From Auanema rhodensis (Eukaryota; Animalia; Nematoda): a stretch of DNA of 64,000 nucleotides. The position numbers were made by a program, and so were the translations under genes. The DNA is taken from the NCBI GenBank assembly GCA_964057225.1, contig OZ059899.1, positions 18,910,001 to 18,974,000 of the forward strand, written 5' to 3'. Position 1 is the first letter of the stretch. Every line of letters begins with the position of its first letter. The notes under the pieces were generated by a model that worked only from the letters and a program-made list of their open reading frames with translations, ran no database searches and was not told the DNA's origin. Positions 1 to 10,400 of this stretch are shown one piece after another.

Positions 1-95
1 AAGGCAAAGACGATGGACTATGTTATTCAACGAAAAAATTAATTCTGCAGGGTGAAAATCGAGGATATAAGTGTGAACTTATATCAGTTGATATC

Positions 96-162
96 TCGGT
101 GCATTTTTAAGCTAGCGCAAATCTGATAACACAGATCGACGCAGCTTAAAAATCCGCATCGA
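96..162. other. Long imperfect inverted repeat H4 (67 nt, about 26 pairs) in each monomer; next copy at 447-513
   Basis: TCGGTGC/GCATCGA (one G.T), ATTTTTAAGCT/AGCTTAAAAAT (11 bp perfect), GCG/CGC and ATCTG/CAGAT around an ATAACA loop. Confidence 0.88.
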
Positions 163-236
163 ATGCACTATACTACATTGAGAAACGCTTAATACAAAAA
201 TTAGTTATGATCGTTTGAAAAATGATGCATTAGTGT

Positions 237-264
237 ATGTTGAGTTTCCATGTACACTCAACAT
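237..264. other. Inverted repeat H1 in each monomer: ATGTTGAGT-N10-ACTCAACAT
   Basis: Perfect 9-bp arms at 237-245 and 256-264, almost invariant along the array. Confidence 0.9.
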
Positions 265-268
265 TGCT

Positions 269-340
269 TCCAAAAACATTTTTACAAAAATTTTTCCGGA
301 AAATTTCGAAAAAATTTCGCAAAAAGTAGATGTTTTTAGA
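269..340. other. Imperfect long inverted repeat H2 over the A/T-tract hypervariable block
   Basis: AAAAACAT (272-279) pairs with ATGTTTTT (330-337). The inner consensus TTTTT-C-CGAAA pairs with TTTCG-C-AAAAA. Low complexity lowers significance. Confidence 0.6.
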
Positions 341-414
341 TTCCTTTTTTCAAGGCAAAGACGATGGACAATGTTATTCAACGAAAAAATTAATTCTGCA
401 GGGTGAAAATCGAG

Positions 415-436
415 GATATAAGTGTGAACTTATATC
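415..436. other. Inverted repeat H3 in each monomer: GATATAAGT-GTGA-ACTTATATC
   Basis: Perfect 9-bp arms at 415-423 and 428-436 with a 4-nt loop. Confidence 0.92.
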
Positions 437-3400
437 AGTTGATATCTCGGTGCATTTTTAAGCTAGCGCAAATCTGATAACACAGATCGACGCAGCTTAA
501 AAAGCCGCATCGAATGCACTATACAACATTGAGAAACGCTTAATACAAAAATTAGTTATGATCGTTTGAAAAATGATGCATTAGTGTATGTTGAGTTTCC
601 ATGTACACTCAACATTGCTTCCAAAAACATTTTGACAAAAATTTTTCCGAAAAATTTCAAAATAATTTCGCAAAAAGTAGATGTTCTTAAATTCCTTTTT
701 TCAAGGCAAAAACGATGGACAATGTTATTCAACGAAAAAATTAATTCTCCAGGGTGAAAATCGAGGATGTAAGTGTGAACTTATATCAGTTGATATCTCG
801 GTGCATTTTTAAGCTAGCGCAAATCTGATAACACAGATCGACGCAGCTTAAAAATCCGCATCGAATGCACTATACTACATTGAGAAACGCTTAATACAAA
901 AATTAGTTATGATCGTTTGAAAAATGATGCATTAGTGTATGTTGAGTTTCCATGTACACTCAACATTGCTTCCAAAAACATTTTTACAAAAATTTTTCCG
1001 AAAAATTTCGGAACAATTTCGCAAAAAGTAGATGTTTTTAGATTCCTTTTTTCAAGGCAAAGACGATGGACATTGTTATTTAACGAAAAAATTAATTCTG
1101 CAGGGTGAAATTCGAGGATATAAGTGTGAACTTATATCAGTTGATATCTCGGTGCATTTTTAAGCTAGCGCAAATCTGATAACACAGATCGACGCAGCTT
1201 AAAAATCCGCATCGAATGCACTATACTACATTGAGAAACGCTTAATACAAAAATTAGTTATGATCGTTTGAAAAATGATGCATTAGTGTATGTTGAGTTT
1301 CCATGTACACTCAACATTGCTTCCAAAAACATTTTTACAAAAATTTTTCCGAAAAATTTCGAAACAATTTCGCAAAAAGTAGATGTTTTTAGATTCCTTT
1401 TTTCAAGGCAAAGACGATGAACTATGTTATTCAACGAAAAAATTAATTCTGCAGGGTGAAAATCGAGGATATAAGTGTGAACTTATATCAGTTGATATCT
1501 CGGTGCATTTTTAAGCTAGCGCAAATCTGATAACACAGATCGACGCAGCTTAAAAAGCCGCATCGAATGCACTATACAACATTGAGAAACGCTTAATACA
1601 AAAATTAGTTATGATCGTTTGAAAAATGATGCATTAGTGTATGTTGAGTTTCCATGTACACTCAACATTGCTTCCAAAAACATTTTTACAAAAATTTTTC
1701 CGAAAAATTTCGAAATAATTTCGCAGAAAGTAGATGTTTTTAGATTCCTTTTTTCAAGGCAAAGACGATGGACATTGTTATTCAACGAAAAAATTAATTC
1801 TGCAGGGTGAAAATCGAGGATATAAGTGTGAACTTATATCAGTTGATATCTCGGTGAATTTTTAAGCTAGCGCAAATCTGATAAAACAGATCAACGCAGC
1901 TTAAAAATCCGCATCGAATGCACTATACAACATTGAGAAACGCTTAATACAAAAATTAGTTATGATCGTTTGAAAAATGATGCATTAGTGTATGTTGAGT
2001 TTCCATGTACACTCAACATTGCTTCCAAAAACATTTTTACAAAAATTTTTCCGAAAAATTTCGGAACAATTTCGCAAAAAGTAGATGTTTTTAGATTCCT
2101 TTTTTCAAGGCAAAGACGATGGACATTGTTATTTAACGAAAAAATTAATTCTGCAGGGTGAAAATCGAGGATATAAGTGTGAACTTATATCAGTTGATAT
2201 CTCGGTGCATTTTTAAGCTAGCGCAAATCTGATAACACAGATCGACGCAGCTTAAAAATCCGCATCGAATGCACTATACAACATTGAGAAACGCTTAATA
2301 CAAAAATTAGTTATGATCGTTTGAAAAATGATGCATTAGTGTATGTTGAGTTTCCATGTACACTCAACATTGCTTCCAAAAACATTTTTACAAAAATTTT
2401 TCCGAAAAATTTCGAAACAATTTCGCAAAAAGTAGATGTTTTTAGATTCCTTTTTTCAAGGCAAAGACGATGGACTATGTTATTCAACGAAAAAATTAAT
2501 TCTGCAGGGTGAAAATCGAGGATATAAGTGTGAACTTATATCAGTTGATATCTCGGTGCATTTTTAAGCTAGCGAAAATCTGATAACACAGATCGACGCA
2601 GCTTAAAAATCCGCATCGAATGCACTATACTACATTGAGAAACGCTTAATACAAAAATTAGTTATGATCGTTTGAAAAATGATGCATTAGTGTATGTTGA
2701 GTTTCCATGTACACTCAACATTGCTTCCAAAAACATTTTTACAAAAATTTTTCCGGAAAATTTCGAAACAATTTCGCAAAAAGTAGATGTTTTTAGATTC
2801 CTTTTTTTAAGGCAAAGACGATGGACAATGTTATTCAACGAAAAAATTAATTCTGCAGGGTGAAATTCGAGGATATAAGTGTGAACTTATATCAGTTGAT
2901 ATCTCGGTGCATTTTTAAGCTAGCGCAAAGCTGATAAAACAGATCAACGCAGCTTAAAAATCCGCATCGAATGCACTATACAACATTGAGAAACGCTTAA
3001 TACAAAAATTAGTTATGATCGTTTGAAAAAAGATGCATTAGTGTATGTTGAGTTTCCATGTACACTCAACATTGCTTCCAAAAACATTTTGACAAAAATT
3101 TTTTTGAAAAATTTCAGAATATTTTAGCAAAAAATAGTTGTTTTTAGATTCCTTTTCTCAAGGCAAAGACGATGGACAATGTTATTCAACGAAAAAATTA
3201 ATTCTGCAGGGTGAAAATCGAGGATATAAGTGTGAACTTATATCAGTTGATATCTCGGTGCATTTTTAAGCTAGCGAAAATCTGATAACACAGATCGACG
3301 CAGCTTAAAAAGCCGCATCGAATGCACTATACAACATTGAGAAACGCTTAATACAAAAATTAGTTATGATCGTTTGAAAAATGATGCATTAGTGTATGTT

Positions 3401-4777
3401 GAGTTTCCATGTACACTCAACATTGCTTCCAAAAACATTTTTACAAAAATTTTTCCGAAAAATTTCGAAACAATTTCGCAAAAAGTAGATGTTTTTAGAT
3501 TCCTTTTTTCAAGACAAAGACGATGAACTATGTTATTCAACGAAAAAATTAATTCTGCAGGGTGAAAATCGAGGATATAAGTGTGAACTTATATCAGTTG
3601 ATATCTCGGTGCATTTTTAAGCTAGCGCAAATCTGATAACACAGATCGACGCAGCTTAAAAAGCCGCATCGAATGCACTATACAACATTGAGAAACGCTT
3701 AATACAAAAATTAGTTATGATCGTTTGAAAAATGATGCATTAGTGTATGTTGAGTTTCCATGTACACTCAACATTGCTTCCAAAAACATTTTTACAAAAA
3801 TTTTTCCGAAAAATTTCGAAATAATTTCGCAGAAAGTAGATGTTTTTAGATTCCTTTTTTCAAGGCAAAGACGATGGACATTGTTATTCAACGAAAAAAT
3901 TAATTCTGCAGGGTGAAAATCGAGGATATAAGTGTGAACTTATATCAGTTGATATCTCGGTGAATTTTTAAGCTAGCGCAAATCTGATAAAACAGATCAA
4001 CGCAGCTTAAAAATCCGCATCGAATGCACTATACAACATTGAGAAACGCTTAATACAAAAATTAGTTATGATCGTTTGAAAAAAGATGCATTAGTGTATG
4101 TTGAGTTTCCATGTACACTCAACATTGCTTCCAAAAACATTTTGACAAAAATTTTTTTGAAAAATTTCAGAATATTTTAGCAAAAAATAGTTGTTTTTAG
4201 ATTCCTTTTCTCAAGGCAAAGACGATGGACAATGTTATTCAACGAAAAATTTAATTCTGCAGGGTAAAAATCGAGGATATAAGTGTGAACTTATATCAGT
4301 TGATATCTCGGTGAATTTTTAAGCTAGCGCAAATCTGATAAAACAGATCAACGCAGCTTAAAAATCCGCATCGAATGCACTATACAACATTGAGAAACGC
4401 TTAATACAAAAATTAGTTATGATCGTTTGAAAAAAGATGCATTAGTGTATGTTGAGTTTCCATGTACACTCAACATTGCTTCCAAAAACATTTTGACAAA
4501 AATTTTTCCGAAAAATTTCAAAATAATTTTGCAAAAAGTAGATGTTTTTAGATTCCTTTTTTCAAGGCAAAGACGATGGACAATGTTATTCAACGAAAAA
4601 ATTAATTCTGCAGAGTGAAAATCGAGGATATAAGTGTGAACTTATATCAGTTGATATCTCTGTGAATTTTTAAGCTAGCGCAAATCTGATAAAACAGATC
4701 GACGCAGCTTAAAAATCCGCATCGAATGCACTATACAACATTGAGAAACGCTTAATACAAAAATTAGTTATGATCGT

Positions 4778-5128
4778 TTGAAAAAAGATGCATTAGTGTA
4801 TGTTGAGTTTCCATGTACACTCAACATTGCTTCCAAAAACATTTTGACAAAAATTTTTTCGAAAAATTTCAGAATATTTTAGCAAAAAATAGTTGTTTTT
4901 AGATTCCTTTTCTCAAGGCAAAGACGATGGACAATGTTATTCAACGAAAAAATTAATTCTGCAGGGTGAAAATCGAGGATATAAGTGTGAACTTATATCA
5001 GTTGATATCTCGGTGAATTTTTAAGCTAGCGCAAATCTGATAAAACAGATCGACGCAGCTTAAAAATCCGCATCGAATGCACTATACTACATTGAGAAAC
5101 GCTTAATACAAAAATTATTTATGATCGT
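4778..5128 (+). repeat. Example of divergent monomer subfamily 'S' (about 45 copies, 3023 to 61984)
   Basis: Linked haplotype TTTTTTCGAAAAATTTCAGAATATTTTAGCAAAAAATAGTTG...CCTTTTCTCAAGG. It accounts for 45 of the 48 gaps in the ORF track by my count. Confidence 0.9.
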
Positions 5129-7499
5129 TTGAAAAATGATGCATTAGTGTATGTTGAGTTTCCATGTACACTCAACATTGCTTCCAAAAACATTTTTACA
5201 AAAATTTTTCCGAAAAATTTCGAAATAATTTCGCAGAAAGTAGATGTTTTTAGATTCCTTTTTTCAAGGCAAAGACGATGGACATTGTTATTCAACGAAA
5301 AAATTAATTCTGCAGGGTGAAAATCGAGGATATAAGTGTGAACTTATATCAGTTGATATCTCGGTGAATTTTTAAGCTAGCGCAAATCTGATATAACAGA
5401 TCGACGCAGCTTAAAAATCCGCATCGAATGCACTATACAACATTGAGAAACGCTTAATACAAAAATTAGTTATGATCGTTTGAAAAAAGATGCATTAGTG
5501 TATGTTGAGTTTCCATGTACACTCAACATTGCTTCCAAAAACATTTTGACAAAAATTTTTTCGAAAAATTTCAGAATATTTTAGCAAAAAATAGTTGTTT
5601 TTAGATTCCTTTTCTCAAGGCAAAGACGATGGACAATGTTATTCAACGAAAAAATTAATTCTGCAGGGTGAAAATCGAGGATATAAGTGTGAACTTATAT
5701 CAGTTGATATCTCTGTGAATTTTTAAGCTAGCGCAAATCTGATATAACAGATCGACGCAGCTTAAAAATCCGCATCGAATGCACTATACAACATTGAGAA
5801 ACGCTTAATACAAAAATTAGTTATGATCGTTTGAGAAAAGATGCATTAGTGTATGTTGAGTTTCCATGTACACTCAACATTGCTTCCAAAAACATTTTGA
5901 CAAAAATTTTTTCGAAAAATTTCAGAATATTTTAGCAAAAAATAGTTGTTTTTAGATTCCTTTTCTCAAGGCAAAGACGATGGACAATGTTATTCAACGA
6001 AAAAATTAATTCTGCAGGGTGAAAATCGAGGATATAAGTGTGAACTTATATCAGTTGATATCTCGGTGAATTTTTAAGCTAGCGCAAATCTGATAAAACA
6101 GATCGACGCAGCTTAAAAATCCGCATCGAATGCACTATACTACATTGAGAAACGCTTAATACAAAAATTAGTTATGATCGTTTGAAAAATGATGCATTAG
6201 TGTATGTTGAGTTTCCATGTACACTCAACATTGCTTCCAAAAACATTTTTACAAAAATTTTTCCGGAAAATTTCGAAACAATTTCGCAAAAAGTAGATGT
6301 TTTTAGATTCCTTTTTTCAAGGCAAAGACGATGGACAATGTTATTCAACGAAAAAATTAATTCTGCAGGGTGAAAATCGAGGATATAAGTGTGAACTTAT
6401 ATCAGTTGATATCTCGGTGCATTTTTAAGCTAGCGCAAATCTGATAACACAGATCGACGCAGCTTAAAAAGCCGCATCGAATGCACTATACAACATTGAG
6501 AAACGCTTAATACAAAAATTAGTTATGATCGTTTGAAAAATGATGCATTAGTGTATGTTGAGTTTCCATGTACACTCAACATTGCTTCCAAAAACATTTT
6601 TACAAAAATTTTTCCGAAAAATTTCGGAACAATTTCGCAAAAAGTAGATGTTTTTAGATTCCTTTTTTCAAGGCAAAGACGATGGACATTGTTATTTAAC
6701 GAAAAAATTAATTCTGCAGGGTGAAATTCGAGGATATAAGTGTGAACTTATATCAGTTGATATCTCGGTGCATTTTTAAGCTAGCGCAAATCTGATAACA
6801 CAGATCGACGCAGCTTAAAAATCCGCATCGAATGCACTATACTACATTGAGAAACGCTTAATACAAAAATTAGTTATGATCGTTTGAAAAAAGATGCATT
6901 AGTGTATGTTGAGTTTCCATGTACACTCAACATTGCTTCCAAAAACATTTTGACAAAAATTTTTCCGAAAAATTTCAAAATAATTTTGCAAAAAGTAGAT
7001 GTTTTTAGATTCCTTTTTTCAAGGCAAAGACGATGGACAATGTTATTCAACGAAAAAATTAATTCTGCAGAGTGAAAATCGAGGATATAAGTGTGAACTT
7101 ATATCAGTTGATATCTCTGTGAATTTTTAAGCTAGCGCAAATCTGATAAAACAGATCGACGCAGCTTAAAAATCCGCATCGAATGCACTATACAACATTG
7201 AGAAACGCTTAATACAAAAATTAGTTATGATCGTTTGAAAAAAGATGCATTAGTGTATGTTGAGTTTCCATGTACACTCAACATTGCTTCCAAAAACATT
7301 TTGACAAAAATTTTTTCGAAAAATTTCAGAATATTTTAGCAAAAAATAGTTGTTTTTAGATTCCTTTTCTCAAGGCAAAGACGATGGACAATGTTATTCA
7401 ACGAAAAAATTAATTCTGCAGGGTGAAAATCGAGGATATAAGTGTGAACTTATATCAGTTGATATCTCGGTGAATTTTTAAGCTAGCGCAAATCTGATA

Positions 7500-10400
7500 A
7501 AACAGATCGACGCAGCTTAAAAATCCGCATCGAATGCACTATACTACATTGAGAAACGCTTAATACAAAAATTATTTATGATCGTTTGAAAAATGATGCA
7601 TTAGTGTATGTTGAGTTTCCATGTACACTCAACATTGCTTCCAAAAACATTTTTACAAAAATTTTTCCGAAAAATTTCGAAATAATTTCGCAGAAAGTAG
7701 ATGTTTTTAGATTCCTTTTTTCAAGGCAAAGACGATGGACATTGTTATTCAACGAAAAAATTAATTCTGCAGGGTGAAAATCGAGGATATAAGTGTGAAC
7801 TTATATCAGTTGATATCTCGGTGAATTTTTAAGCTAGCGCAAATCTGATAAAACAGATCAACGCAGCTTAAAAATCCGCATCGAATGCACTATACAACAT
7901 TGAGAAACGCTTAATACAAAAATTAGTTATGATCGTTTGAAAAAAGATGCATTAGTGTATGTTGAGTTTCCATGTACACTCAACATTGCTTCCAAAAACA
8001 TTTTGACAAAAATTTTTTCGAAAAATTTCAGAATATTTTAGCAAAAAATAGTTGTTTTTAGATTCCTTTTCTCAAGGCAAAGACGATGGACAATGTTATT
8101 CAACGAAAAAATTAATTCTGCAGGGTGAAAATCGAGGATATAAGTGTGAACTTATATCAGTTGATATCTCTGTGAATTTTTAAGCTAGCGCAAATCTGAT
8201 ATAACAGATCGACGCAGTTTAAAAATCCGCATCGAATGCACTATACAACATTGAGAAACGCTTAATACAAAAATTAGTTATGATCGTTTGAAAAAAGATG
8301 CATTAGTGTATGTTGAGTTTCCATGTACACTCAACATTGCTTCCAAAAACATTTTGACAAAAATTTTTTTGAAAAATTTCAGAATATTTTAGCAAAAAAT
8401 AGTTGTTTTTAGATTCCTTTTCTCAAGGCAAAGACGATGGACAATGTTATTCAACGAAAAAATTAATTCTGCAGGGTGAAAATCGAGGATATAAGTGTGA
8501 ACTTATATCAGTTGATATCTCGGTGAATTTTTAAGCTAGCGCAAATCTGATAAAACAGATCGACGCAGCTTAAAAATCCGCATCGAATGCACTATACTAC
8601 ATTGAGAAACGCTTAATACAAAAATTAGTTATGATCGTTTGAAAAATGATGCATTAGTGTATGTTGAGTTTCCATGTACACTCAACATTGCTTCCAAAAA
8701 CATTTTTACAAAAATTTTTCCGAAAAATTTCGAAATAATTTCGCAGAAAGTAGATGTTTTTAGATTCCTTTTTTCAAGGCAAAGACGATGGACATTGTTA
8801 TTCAACGAAAAAATTAATTCTGCATGGTGAAAATCGAGGATATAAGTGTGAACTTATATCAGTTGATATCTCGGTGAATTTTTAAGCTAGCGCAAATCTG
8901 ATAAAACAGATCAACGCAGCTTAAAAATCCGCATCGAATGCACTATACAACATTGAGAAACGCTTAATACAAAAATTAGTTATGATCGTTTGAAAAAAGA
9001 TGCATTAGTGTATGTTGAGTTTCCATGTACACTCAACATTGCTTCCAAAAACATTTTGACAAAAATTTTTTCGAAAAATTTCAGAATATTTTAGCAAAAA
9101 ATAGTTGTTTTTAGATTCCTTTTCTCAAGGCAAAGACGATGGACAATGTTATTCAACGAAAAAATTAATTCTGCAGGGTGAAAATCGAGGATATAAGTGT
9201 GAACTTATATCAGTTGATATCTCGGTGAATTTTTAAGCTAGCGCAAATCTGATAAAACAGATCAACGCAGCTTAAAAATCCGCATCGAATGCACTATACA
9301 ACATTGAGAAACGCTTAATACAAAAATTAGTTATGATCGTTTGAAAAAAGATGCATTAGTGTATGTTGAGTTTCCATGTACACTCAACATTGCTTCCAAA
9401 AACATTTTGACAAAAATTTTTCCGAAAAATTTCAAAATAATTTTGCAAAAAGTAGATGTTTTTAGATTCCTTTTTTCAAGGCAAAGACGATGGACAATGT
9501 TATTCAACGAAAAAATTAATTCTGCAGAGTGAAAATCGAGGATATAAGTGTGAACTTATATCAGTTGATATCTCTGTGAATTTTTAAGCTAGCGCAAATC
9601 TGATAAAACAGATCGACGCAGCTTAAAAATCCGCATCGAATGCACTATACAACATTGAGAAACGCTTAATACAAAAATTAGTTATGATCGTTTGAAAAAT
9701 GATGCATTAGTGTATGTTGAGTTTCCATGTACACTCAACATTGCTTCCAAAAACATTTTTACAAAAATTTTTCCGAAAAATTTCGAAATAATTTCGCAGA
9801 AAGTAGATGTTTTTAGATTCCTTTTTTCAAGGCAAAGACGATGGACATTGTTATTCAACGAAAAAATTAATTCTGCAGGGTGAAAATCGAGGATATAAGT
9901 GTGAACTTATATCAGTTGATATCTCGGTGAATTTTTAAGCTAGCGCAAATCTGATAAAACAGATCAACGCAGCTTAAAAATCCGCATCGAATGCACTATA
10001 CAACATTGAGAAACGCTTAATACAAAAATTAGTTATGATCGTTTGAAAAAAGATGCATTAGTGTATGTTGAGTTTCCATGTACACTCAACATTGCTTCCA
10101 AAAACATTTTGACAAAAATTTTTTCGAAAAATTTCAGAATATTTTAGCAAAAAATAGTTGTTTTTAGATTCCTTTTCTCAAGGCAAAGACGATGGACAAT
10201 GTTATTCAACGAAAAAATTAATTCTGCAGGGTGAAAATCGAGGATATAAGTGTGAACTTATATCAGTTGATATCTCTGTGAATTTTTAAGCTAGCGCAAA
10301 TCTGATATAACAGATCGACGCAGCTTAAAAATCCGCATCGAATGCACTATACAACATTGAGAAACGCTTAATACAAAAATTAGTTATGATCGTTTGAAAA

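Larger units (their letters stand above)
215..565 (+). repeat. Representative 351-bp monomer (arbitrary register starting TTGAAAAATGATGCATTAG)
   Basis: Directly read. About 115/351 G+C with many A/T tracts. It carries NsiI (ATGCAT), BsrGI (TGTACA), PstI (CTGCAG), EcoRV (GATATC) and NheI (GCTAGC) sites, some lost in variant monomers. Confidence 0.98.

Noticed and set aside
304-320. CENP-B box-like motif (TTTCGAAACAATTTCGC in many copies)
   Set aside because: It matches only the TTCG....A part and lacks the CGGG of the canonical box. It also lies in the most variable block.
415-436. Rho-independent terminator after the 63-aa ORF
   Set aside because: The stem is AT-rich with no following U-tract, the ORF is not credible, and the context is not prokaryote-like.
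215-565. Assignment to a named satellite such as Drosophila 1.688 or tenebrionid beetle 340-360-bp families
   Set aside because: Length and AT content are similar, but I cannot recognise real sequence identity from memory. A database search is required.
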